Below are positions 18,104-26,003 of a stretch of DNA of 64,000 nt, piece by piece. Source of the stretch: an uncultured Dysosmobacter sp. Its GTDB lineage: Bacteria; Bacillota; Clostridia; Oscillospirales; Oscillospiraceae. The stretch's first letter is position 1. Each line of letters begins with the position of its first letter. The stretch is from assembly GCA_963560095.1 (NCBI GenBank), contig CAUWNE010000003.1:4828-68827 (forward strand), written 5' to 3'. Under the pieces are notes generated by a model. The model searched no databases and was not told the origin of the DNA. It saw nothing but the letters and a program-made list of their open reading frames with translations. Position numbers and translations under genes: made by a program.

Positions 18104-18172
18104 AGGGACCTCCCGGAAAGAAAGATGGAGCTATCATACCACAGCGCGGGGAAAAAGAAAAGAGAGCCGTTC

Positions 18173-18364
18173 TCAGCCGGGGGAGAAGAGCCCGTCCACG
18201 GTGACCTGGAGTTCCCGGGCCAGGTGAAAGGCCAAGGCCAGGGTGGGATCGTACTTGTTGTTCTCAATGGCGTTGACCGTCTGGCGGGAGACGCCGCACC
18301 GCCTGGCCAGCTCCTCCTGAGAGAGGCCCAGCTCCCTGCGCCGGAGGCGGATCTTGTTCTCCAT
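18173..18364 (-). CDS. XRE-family helix-turn-helix transcriptional regulator (63 aa)
   Basis: MENKIRLRRRELGLSQEELARRCGVSRQTVNAIENNKYDPTL is a classic Cro/C1 HTH. Confidence 0.85.
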   Translation of the reverse strand: MENKIRLRRRELGLSQEELARRCGVSRQTVNAIENNKYDPTLALAFHLARELQVTVDGLFSPG

Positions 18365-18365
18365 C

Positions 18366-18677
18366 TCAGCCTCCGTAGCGCCGGGTTTGGTAGAACAGCT
18401 CTCCGGCATAGACCACGGCAATGACCGTCAAGGTGATAAAGGGGTTCATCCCCACTGGGGAGAGGTCCTTTCCCGAGCAGACCAGGTAGACTGACTCCGC
18501 CAGGGAAAAGAGGATATAGAGCGCCGTCACCGCAAAGGCCCCGGCGCTGGCCTTTTCCACGATGAGCCTGCGGCGCTCATCGCCCTGCTTGGCCAGGGAG
18601 ACAAACATGGCGGCGATCACCGCCAGCGCGGCCAGGAGAAAGGCCCCGAAGAGGATCAGGATCAGGGTGTCGTTCAT
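18366..18677 (-). CDS. Small membrane protein co-transcribed with the XRE regulator
   Basis: 103 aa with 3 predicted TM segments, GGAGGG RBS, stop 1 nt from the regulator start. Confidence 0.7.
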   Translation of the reverse strand: MNDTLILILFGAFLLAALAVIAAMFVSLAKQGDERRRLIVEKASAGAFAVTALYILFSLAESVYLVCSGKDLSPVGMNPFITLTVIAVVYAGELFYQTRRYGG

Positions 18678-18692
18678 AAAAAGCCCTCCAGT

Positions 18693-18733
18693 TTCATAAA
18701 AATTTCCCGGGGAAATGTCAAACTCTTTTGACA
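18693..18733 (-). promoter_or_regulatory. Promoter with two palindromic operator candidates for the membrane-protein/XRE operon
   Basis: On the minus strand: TTGACA, 17 bp, TATGAA. The spacer contains ATTTCCC-G-GGGAAAT (18702-18716). The -35 lies in TGTCAAA-ctct-TTTGACA (18716-18733). Confidence 0.55.
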
Positions 18734-19062
18734 ATTTGAGAATAGCAGTTCTACCGCAAAATGTCAAGAACTTTTTACATTCCGGCAGAGGGGACGATGC
18801 TTTTTTGGGAGGAGAGGCGGGGAGCGGGACTGAAGGAAATGAAACTTTTCCGGGGAAATGGGTCAGCTCTGCCGCCGCGCCATCGTTTACCTGAGGATGG
18901 AGAATGGAGATTCCTGTGGACTCAGGGCGGGAAGAAAAAGGAATAAAGTTCCATTTCCGGCAGGCCGGCAGCGGGAGAATGCGTCTCCGGAACAGACGGA
19001 TTTTGTCCCTCTGGGGCAGCAGGAGGGGGAGAAGGCGGGGAAAAAGTCCTGAAAATCTTTCC

Positions 19063-19090
19063 TTGACAAACGTTGGAATCCGGCTATAAT
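19063..19090 (+). promoter_or_regulatory. Promoter of the T-box leader
   Basis: TTGACA (19063-19068), 16-bp spacer, TATAAT (19085-19090). Confidence 0.7.
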
Positions 19091-19097
19091 GAGACAT

Positions 19098-19327
19098 ACA
19101 GAAATGCGATGACAGAGCCAGCCCGGCGAAACCGGCCTTCAGCGAGAGGGGACAGTGAGAGCCCTCGGACCATGCCGCGGGGTGCGCCACTCTGGAGCGG
19201 CCTGCGAGGAGCGGGACGGGTCATTCCCGTTACAGAATGACATGAGATGCCCAATTTCGGGCAGATCAGGGTGGTACCGTGGAAGAACTTTCCGCCCCTG
19301 ACGAGAGTCAGGGGCGGTTTTTTTACG
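19098..19327 (+). promoter_or_regulatory. T-box riboswitch leader with intrinsic terminator
   Basis: Stem I elements: GCGATGA K-turn, AGCGAGAG bulge, CAGTGAGAG distal loop. T-box sequence ATCAGGGTGGTACCGTGG (19265-19282). Terminator CGCCCCTGAcgagaGTCAGGGGCG plus T8 (19293-19324). Confidence 0.85.
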
Positions 19328-19358
19328 CTGAGCGCCCCGTGCGCAGATTAAGGAGGCA

Positions 19359-20561
19359 GTGACTATGAAATTTTCCAGCAGAATCGAATCTTGCCATCTC
19401 TCCCCCATCCGGAAGTTCCATCCCTATGTGGTGGAGGCGGAGGCCAAGGGGCGGACGGTCTATCGGCTGAACATCGGCCAGCCGGACATTGAGACTCCGC
19501 AGGCGTTCTTTGACGCAGTGAAGAGCTTTGGTGAAAAGGTTCTGGCCTATGCCCCCTCTCCCGGCGTGGAGACGTATCTGGAGGCGGCCCGGGATTATTA
19601 CACCGGACTGGGCTATCCCGTCACCTGTGACGATATCCTGGCGACCTACGGCGGCAGCGAAGCCTTGCAGATCCTCTTTTCCTGCCTGCTGGAGGATGGG
19701 GACGAGGTCCTGGTGCCTGAGCCCTACTATCCCAACTATGACACCTTCATCCGGGTGACCGGCGCAGTGATTCATCCCATTCCCACCGACCCGGAAAAGG
19801 GCTACCGCTTTGCCACCCGGGAGCAGATCGAGCCCCGGATCACCCCCCGGACCCGGGCCATCCTGATGACCAACCCCGGCAACCCCACCGGCCTGGTGCT
19901 GACGGCCCAGGAGCGGCGGCTCATGGCGGACATCGCCAAGGAGCACGGCCTCTTCCTCATCAGCGACGAGGTCTACCGGGAGCTGGTCTACGGCGGCCAG
20001 CCCATGTCCTCCATGCTGGAGTTTGAGGACGCTGCGGAGAATGTGATCGTGGTGGACTCCGTGTCCAAGCGGTTCTCCGCCACCGGCTCCCGGGTGGGCG
20101 TCATCGTCTCCCGGAACAAGGAACTGATGGCCCACGCCATGAAGATCGCCCAGGGCCGGCTGTGCGCCGCCACGCTGGACCAGCTGGGCGCGGCCGCCCT
20201 GTACCGCTCCATGACGCCGGCGTATTACGAGGGGCTGCGCAAGGAGTATCAGCACCGCCGGGACGCGGTGGTGGAGGAGCTGCGGAAGATCCCCGGCGTC
20301 CAGTTCCACTGCCCGGAGGGCGCCTTCTATCTGATGGTGACGCTGCCGGTGGACGACGCCGAGAAGCTCCAGTACTTCCTGCTCCAGGAGTTTGAGGACC
20401 AGGGCGACACGGTGATGTACGCCCCCGGCGAGGGTTTCTATGCCACGCCCGGCAAGGGCCGCAGTGAGATCCGCATCGCCTATGTCACTGAGGCGGAAAA
20501 GCTCCGCCGGGCCGTGGAGGTCCTGGGCCGGGGCATCCAGGCCTATCAGCAGCGGGGGTAA
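19359..20561 (+). CDS. Class I/II PLP-dependent aminotransferase (AspC/AlaT-like)
   Basis: 400 aa with PLP-lysine region SVSKRFSATGSRVG and NPGNPTG motif. Confidence 0.9.
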   Translation: MTMKFSSRIESCHLSPIRKFHPYVVEAEAKGRTVYRLNIGQPDIETPQAFFDAVKSFGEKVLAYAPSPGVETYLEAARDYYTGLGYPVTCDDILATYGGSEALQILFSCLLEDGDEVLVPEPYYPNYDTFIRVTGAVIHPIPTDPEKGYRFATREQIEPRITPRTRAILMTNPGNPTGLVLTAQERRLMADIAKEHGLFLISDEVYRELVYGGQPMSSMLEFEDAAENVIVVDSVSKRFSATGSRVGVIVSRNKELMAHAMKIAQGRLCAATLDQLGAAALYRSMTPAYYEGLRKEYQHRRDAVVEELRKIPGVQFHCPEGAFYLMVTLPVDDAEKLQYFLLQEFEDQGDTVMYAPGEGFYATPGKGRSEIRIAYVTEAEKLRRAVEVLGRGIQAYQQRG

Positions 20562-20564
20562 GCC

Positions 20565-20846
20565 ATGATCCGTCATATCGTCATGTGGAAGTTCCGCCCC
20601 GGCACCCAGGCCGAGCAAGCCCAGTTCCTGGATGGGCTGCGGGGGCTCCAGGGGGTGATCCCCCAGCTGCTGCGCAGCGAGGTGGCCGTGAACGTGGGGG
20701 AGGGGAACTACGACGCCGTTCTGGTCAGCGAGTTTGAGGACCTGGCGGCGCTGGAGACCTATAAGAACGACCCCCGGCACCAGGCCGTGTCCGCCCTGTG
20801 CAAATCCATCCGGGAGGACCGGGTGGCGGTGGACTACGAGATGTAA
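20565..20846 (+). CDS. Dabb (stress-responsive alpha/beta barrel) family protein
   Basis: 93 aa, IRHIVMWKF...HQAV pattern typical of the Dabb domain. Confidence 0.8.
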   Translation: MIRHIVMWKFRPGTQAEQAQFLDGLRGLQGVIPQLLRSEVAVNVGEGNYDAVLVSEFEDLAALETYKNDPRHQAVSALCKSIREDRVAVDYEM

Positions 20847-20951
20847 GGCCGCAGGCTACCAATAGATCTGTGAATATGAAACGAGTCAAGGAGCCGGACA
20901 ACTGTCCGGCTCCTTGTTTGCGCTGTGAGGGAAATCGTCAAAATCCTAAAT

Positions 20952-20970
20952 TCCTACTTGACAAGTGGGA
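20952..20970 (+). promoter_or_regulatory. 19-bp near-perfect palindrome overlapping the nifS -35 (Rrf2/IscR-type operator candidate)
   Basis: TCCTACTTG-A-CAAGTGGGA with one mismatch. TTGACA is embedded in it. Confidence 0.4.
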
Positions 20971-21023
20971 AAATATGTGGTATCCATATAGTATAGTAAA
21001 AAGATAGGAATTGAGGAGATTCT

Positions 21024-22211
21024 ATGAGCATCTATGTAGATAACGCGGCCACCACCGCTCTCAGCGACACGGCGCTGGCGGCCATGGCCCCCTGCTTTCA
21101 GGAGGTCTACGGCAATCCCTCCAGTCTGCACAGCCCCGGACAGCGGGCGGCGGAAAAGCTGGCCCAGGCCCGGGAGATCTTTGCCCGCCGGCTGAACGCC
21201 GCCCCCCGGGAGATCACCTTTACCTCCGGCGGCAGCGAGGCGGACACCCAGGCCCTGCGCTCTGCCGCGGCCCTGGGAGAGCGAAAGGGAAAGCGGCATA
21301 TCATCTCCACCAAGTTTGAGCACCATGCGGTCCTTCACACCCTGGAGGCCCTGGAGCGGGAGGGGTTCGAGGTGACGCTGCTGGACATCCCGCCGGACGG
21401 CATAGTGACGGCGGAGCAGGTCCGCTCGGCCCTGCGGCCGGAGACCTGCCTGGTGTCTGTGATGTTTGCCAATAATGAGATCGGCACCATCCAGCCTGTT
21501 GCGGAGATCGGCGCGGTGTGCCGGGAGGCCGGGGTGCTGTTCCACACCGACGCCGTCCAGGCGGCGGGCCACCTGCCCATTGACGTGGAGGCCATGCAGA
21601 TCGACCTGCTCTCCCTCTCCGCCCACAAGTTTCACGGGCCCAAGGGCGTGGGCGTGCTCTACGCCCGTCGGGGCATCCCCCTGGTGAACGTCATCTGGGG
21701 CGGGGCCCAGGAGTGGGGCCGGCGGGCCGGTACGGAGAATATCCCCGGCATCTGCGGCGCGGCGGCGGCCTTCGACGAGGCCTGCGCCAACATGGACAAG
21801 AACGCGGCCTACCTGCGGCCCCTGCGGGACAAGCTGATCGCAGGCCTTACCGCCATTCCCCACACCGCCCTCAACGGCGACCCGGAGCGCCGCCTTCCCG
21901 GCAACGTCCACGTGTGCTTCGAGGGGGTGGAGGGCGAATCCATGCTGCTGCTTCTGAACGCCAAGGGCATCGCCGCCTCGTCCGGCAGCGCCTGCACCTC
22001 CGGCTCCCTGGACCCCAGCCACGTGCTGCTGGCCCTGGGGCGGCCCCACGAGGTGGCCCACGGCTCCCTGCGGCTGAGCCTGAGCGAGTATAATACGGAG
22101 CAGGACGTGGATACGATCCTGGACGTGATCCCCGGCGTGATCCGCTATCTGCGGAAGATCTCCCCGGTTTGGGACGAATTGGAACAGGGCCAGCGGCCCC
22201 ATCTGATCTAA
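21024..22211 (+). CDS. nifS: Cysteine desulfurase NifS
   Basis: PLP lysine SAHKFHGPKG and active-site loop SSGSACTSG; 395 aa. Confidence 0.9.
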   Translation: MSIYVDNAATTALSDTALAAMAPCFQEVYGNPSSLHSPGQRAAEKLAQAREIFARRLNAAPREITFTSGGSEADTQALRSAAALGERKGKRHIISTKFEHHAVLHTLEALEREGFEVTLLDIPPDGIVTAEQVRSALRPETCLVSVMFANNEIGTIQPVAEIGAVCREAGVLFHTDAVQAAGHLPIDVEAMQIDLLSLSAHKFHGPKGVGVLYARRGIPLVNVIWGGAQEWGRRAGTENIPGICGAAAAFDEACANMDKNAAYLRPLRDKLIAGLTAIPHTALNGDPERRLPGNVHVCFEGVEGESMLLLLNAKGIAASSGSACTSGSLDPSHVLLALGRPHEVAHGSLRLSLSEYNTEQDVDTILDVIPGVIRYLRKISPVWDELEQGQRPHLI

Positions 22212-22226
22212 AAGGAGGAAGCCAAG

Positions 22227-22670
22227 ATGGCATTGTATAGTGAGAAAGTGATGGACCATTTCCAGAACCCCCGGAACGTTGGCAAGATGGAAAACGCCGA
22301 CGGCGTGGGCGAGGTGGGCAACGCCAAGTGCGGCGACATCATGCGGATGTATATCCAGGTGGACCCGGAGACCCAGGTCATCACCGATGTGAAGTTCAAC
22401 ACCTTCGGCTGCGGCAGCGCCATCGCCACCAGCTCCATGGCCACGGAGATGATCAAGGGCAAGACCATCGAGGAGGCCTTGCAGCTGAGCAACAAGGCGG
22501 TGGCAGAGGCCCTGGACGGCCTGCCAGCCCACAAGATGCACTGCTCCGTGCTGGCGGAGGAGGCGGTCCGGGCGGCTGTGAAGGACTACTATGACCGCAA
22601 TGGGATCGCCTATGACGAGGGCGCGCTGACCTGCGGCGGCCACTGCGACAGCTGCGGCCACCAGCATTGA
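22227..22670 (+). CDS. nifU: Fe-S cluster assembly scaffold NifU/IscU
   Basis: GNAKCGD, FGCGSAIA and HCSVLA cluster-ligand motifs. Confidence 0.9.
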   Translation: MALYSEKVMDHFQNPRNVGKMENADGVGEVGNAKCGDIMRMYIQVDPETQVITDVKFNTFGCGSAIATSSMATEMIKGKTIEEALQLSNKAVAEALDGLPAHKMHCSVLAEEAVRAAVKDYYDRNGIAYDEGALTCGGHCDSCGHQH

Positions 22671-22743
22671 GCCCCGCGAAACCATAAAATGCCGCCCCTG
22701 GAGACGATCTCCGGGGGCGGCGTTTCGTGCCTGTATGGGACAC

Positions 22744-23574
22744 TCAGGCCTCCAAAGCGGCGGCGTAGAGCTCGTTTTTGGAAAGGCCTGTGTGTTCCGC
22801 GACCTCCTTGGCGGCGTCTTTCAGCCGCATGCCCTGGGCCCGGAGGGCCAGCACCTGGCTGACGGCCTCCTCCAGAGAGACGGCGGCAGCCTGCCGGGGC
22901 GGGGCGCCGGCCACCACCAGGACGAATTCGCCCTTGGGGGCCGTCTCCCGGTACCAGGCGGCGGCTTCGCCCAGAGTGGTGCGGCGGGTCTCCTCATGGA
23001 GCTTGGTCAGCTCCCGGCACAGGGCCACCTGCCGCTCTGGCCCAAAGGCGACGGACAGGTCCTCCAGGGTGGTGAGGAGCTTGTGGGGGGCCTCATGGAA
23101 GATCATGGTCCGCTCCTCGGCTTTCAGGACCTCCAGCCGCTCCCGGCGGCTTTTCTTGTTGACGGTGAGAAAGCCCTCAAAGACGAAGCGTCCTGTGGGC
23201 AGACCGCTGACGGCCAGGGCGCTGATGCCGGCACAGCAGCCGGGGATGGCGATCACCGGCACCTGGGCCTGGGCGCACAGCCGAACCAGATCCTCGCCGG
23301 GGTCGGAGATGGCGGGGGTGCCGGCGTCGGTGACCAGGGCGCAGGACTCCCCCGCTTCCAGCCGGGAGAGGATGGACTGGCCGGCGGTGACATGGTTGTG
23401 CTCGTGATAGCTCACCAGGGGCTTTTTGATCTGGAAGTGATTGAGCAGCTTCACAGACACCCGGGTGTCCTCGGCGGCGATAAAATCCACTTGGTTCAGG
23501 GTCTCCACCGCCCGGGGGGAGAAGTCTCCCAGATTCCCGATGGGGGTGGCCACCAGATAGAGCGTACCGCTCAT
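22744..23574 (-). CDS. rsmI: 16S rRNA (cytidine1402-2'-O)-methyltransferase RsmI
   Basis: Starts MSGTLYLVATPIGNLGDFSPRAVETL...FIAAEDTR. The track ORF extends upstream without support. Confidence 0.9.
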   Translation of the reverse strand: MSGTLYLVATPIGNLGDFSPRAVETLNQVDFIAAEDTRVSVKLLNHFQIKKPLVSYHEHNHVTAGQSILSRLEAGESCALVTDAGTPAISDPGEDLVRLCAQAQVPVIAIPGCCAGISALAVSGLPTGRFVFEGFLTVNKKSRRERLEVLKAEERTMIFHEAPHKLLTTLEDLSVAFGPERQVALCRELTKLHEETRRTTLGEAAAWYRETAPKGEFVLVVAGAPPRQAAAVSLEEAVSQVLALRAQGMRLKDAAKEVAEHTGLSKNELYAAALEA

Positions 23575-24299
23575 GGCATGTCCTCCTGTTGTCTGAGATA
23601 GATGGCTTGGACCTCGGCTGTGGGTGCTCCGTCCGGGCCCCGCAGGACCAGGGGGGCCTCCCAGGAGAGACCGGGCTTTCCGCCCCGGCGGGCCTCCAGC
23701 AAAAGAAGAGAGGGCGGGGCGAGGGCGGTCTGGCAGACCGGGCGGAGCCGCTTGGCCTCCAGACCGGCTGCCCGCAGGGCACAGCACAGGTCCCCCAGCC
23801 GCTCCGGCTTGTGGACCAGACAGAAGCTGCCGCCCCAGCGCAGCAGCCGGGCCGCTGCCCGGCACAGCTCCGGCAGGGTGCAGGCGGTCTCAGAGCGGGC
23901 GCTGCGGCGGGCATCCGCCATGGGGAGGGCCCCGCTGCCGGCGGGGTAGTAGGGGGGATTGCACACCGCCAGGTCAAAGGCGCCGGCGGGCAGCAGGGGC
24001 TGGCGCAGATCCCCCAGGCGGAAGGTGAGCCGATCCTCCAGCCCGTTTTCCGTGGCGGCCCGCTCCGCCAGGGCCACTGCCTGGGGCAGGATCTCCACGC
24101 CGGTGACCTGGAGCGCGCTCTGCCGCTGGAGCAGCAGCAGGCCCAAAAGCCCGGTGCCGCAGCCCAGGTCGCAGACCCGCAGTCCGGGCCGGAGTTTAGG
24201 CAGGGAGGAGAGGAGAAAGGTATCTGTACCCGGGCGGAAGAGGGCGTCGTCATAGACGAAGCGGTATCCGCCGGGGCAGAGAGACTCCCAGTGCTCCAT
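23571..24299 (-). CDS. Class I SAM-dependent N6-adenine methyltransferase, TrmN6/YabB-like
   Basis: DLGCGTGLLG SAM motif and NPPY catalytic motif. 4-nt ATGA overlap with rsmI, as in yabB-rsmI loci. Confidence 0.75.
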   Translation of the reverse strand: MEHWESLCPGGYRFVYDDALFRPGTDTFLLSSLPKLRPGLRVCDLGCGTGLLGLLLLQRQSALQVTGVEILPQAVALAERAATENGLEDRLTFRLGDLRQPLLPAGAFDLAVCNPPYYPAGSGALPMADARRSARSETACTLPELCRAAARLLRWGGSFCLVHKPERLGDLCCALRAAGLEAKRLRPVCQTALAPPSLLLLEARRGGKPGLSWEAPLVLRGPDGAPTAEVQAIYLRQQEDMP

Positions 24300-24431
24300 A
24301 GTGATCCTCCTTGCCGTGCGTTTTCTCTATCATATCAAAAAAACAGCCCCGGCACAAGCCGGGGTGCCGAGGGAACGATAAAAACACCGCAAGCAGAGCT
24401 TGCGGTGTTTTTATGTATCCTGTTCAGGCGA

Positions 24432-24605
24432 TTAGCCCTCGGGGACGATGGCGCCAGTGGGGCAAGCGTCAGCGCAGGAACCGCAGTCCAGGCAAGTACC
24501 GGCGTCGATGACGTACTGGTCGTCGCCCTGGCTGATGGCGCCAGCGGGGCAAGCATCAGCGCAAGTGCCGCAGCTCACGCAGGCAGACGTGATTTTGTAA
24601 GCCAT
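24432..24605 (-). CDS. 2x[4Fe-4S] ferredoxin (57 aa)
   Basis: MAYKITSACVSCGTCADACP...CLDCGSCADACP with a GGAGGTG RBS. The longer track ORF start is unsupported. Confidence 0.9.
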   Translation of the reverse strand: MAYKITSACVSCGTCADACPAGAISQGDDQYVIDAGTCLDCGSCADACPTGAIVPEG

Positions 24606-24761
24606 TGGGAAGCACCTCCATAAGAATTGTATCCCTATTGTAGCACACAAATCAAAAAAAGCAAGAGGGATGTTGAGAACCGGGGAAGGAATTTTTCACA
24701 AATTTTTTGAAGAGTGCAGAAAAAAGGAAGTTCCTTCCTGTTCACAGTTTGTTTTCAAAAA

Positions 24762-24853
24762 GGTCAAAGAAAGTCAAATATTATCTCTTGACATTTGGCG
24801 GAGAGGTGGTATACTAACAAGCAGAATAAAGGTTAAAGATAGTCAAAGTCAAA
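24762..24853 (+). promoter_or_regulatory. Two CtsR operators flanking the ctsR-clpC promoter
   Basis: GGTCAAAgaaAGTCAAA (24762-24778), TTGACA-16-TATACT (24788-24815), GGTTAAAgatAGTCAAAGTCAAA (24831-24853). These match the heptad direct-repeat CtsR box. Confidence 0.8.
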
Positions 24854-24887
24854 AGACAAAGACTTTCAGGAAAGGGATGAGCGTCAA

Positions 24888-25340
24888 GTGGGAATCTCAG
24901 ATCTGATCGCCAGCTTTCTTCAGGACAGCCTGGAGGAGGCGGAGAACGGTGTGCTGGAGGTCCAGCGCAGCGATCTGGCCCAGCGATTTAACTGCGTGCC
25001 CAGCCAGATCAACTATGTGATGTCCACCCGGTTTTCCCCGGAGCGGGGCTACATCGTGGAGAGCCGCCGGGGCGGCAACGGATACATCCGCATCACCCGG
25101 GTCCAGGTGGACCGGCAGATGCTGCTGATGCACGTGATCAACTCCCTGGGCAGTCAAGTGGACCTGCCGTCGGCCAGGGCCATTCTCAGCAACCTGGTGC
25201 AGTCCGGGGCTCTGGACAAGGCCCTGGGCCAGGCGCTGGCAGCGGCGGTAGGCGACAAGGCCCTGGGGGCCGTGCCCCGGGAGATCCGGGACAGCGTCCG
25301 GGCGGATATCATGAAGCAGGTGCTGATTTTGCAGGTATAG
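24888..25340 (+). CDS. ctsR: Class III stress-gene repressor CtsR
   Basis: SDLIASFL...RSDLAQRFNCVPSQINYVMSTRFSPERGYIVESRRGGNGYIRI. GTG start. Confidence 0.9.
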   Translation: MGISDLIASFLQDSLEEAENGVLEVQRSDLAQRFNCVPSQINYVMSTRFSPERGYIVESRRGGNGYIRITRVQVDRQMLLMHVINSLGSQVDLPSARAILSNLVQSGALDKALGQALAAAVGDKALGAVPREIRDSVRADIMKQVLILQV

Positions 25341-25460
25341 GACCGCCCCGGGGACACAGACTTCCCCTTGGGGGACCGGGCGTGAAGACGCCGGCAGACG
25401 CCGGAGCGGACAGCGCCATCATCAAATCGTACAGTTTTTCTTCAATAGGAGGTATTCATT

Positions 25461-25967
25461 ATGAAATGCGAGAATTGTGGCAAGAATGAAGTGACCTTTG
25501 TCTATCAGAGCAACATCAACGGCCGGGTGGAGGAGAAGCACCTTTGCAGCGAGTGCGCGGAAAAGCTGGGCTATACCCAGCGGATCAACGCCCACAGTCA
25601 GCGGATGATGCAGAACTTCTTCGGCGGAAACAGCTTCTTCGGCGGGAATTTCCTGAACGACTTCTTCTCTCCCATGCCCAGCCTGATGGGCCGGATGCTG
25701 GAGGACCCCTTCGACGATTTCTTCGCCGATATGCCGGCCCTGACCACATCTCCCGTCCGGCAGCAGCCGGAACAGCAGCAGGAGGATCTGGTGGGCAAGG
25801 AGGACCAGAGCCGGTTCTCCTATCTGCGAGAGCTCAACGCGCTGAAAATGGAGATGAAGAAGGCCGTCCACCAGGAGAACTTCGAGCGGGCCGCCCAGCT
25901 GCGGGATCAGATCCGGCAGATGGAGGCGGAGCACAAGGAACAAAAGGAGCGGAAGGCGGACCAATGA
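25461..25967 (+). CDS. Zn-ribbon plus UVR-motif protein (McsA-like)
   Basis: N-terminal CENCG...CSEC and C-terminal UVR motif KKAVHQENFERAAQLRDQIRQME. Located between ctsR and clpC. Confidence 0.7.
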   Translation: MKCENCGKNEVTFVYQSNINGRVEEKHLCSECAEKLGYTQRINAHSQRMMQNFFGGNSFFGGNFLNDFFSPMPSLMGRMLEDPFDDFFADMPALTTSPVRQQPEQQQEDLVGKEDQSRFSYLRELNALKMEMKKAVHQENFERAAQLRDQIRQMEAEHKEQKERKADQ

Positions 25968-26003
25968 GTTCGCCCCGCTGCCCAGGAAAGGAAGGTAACG
26001 ACC

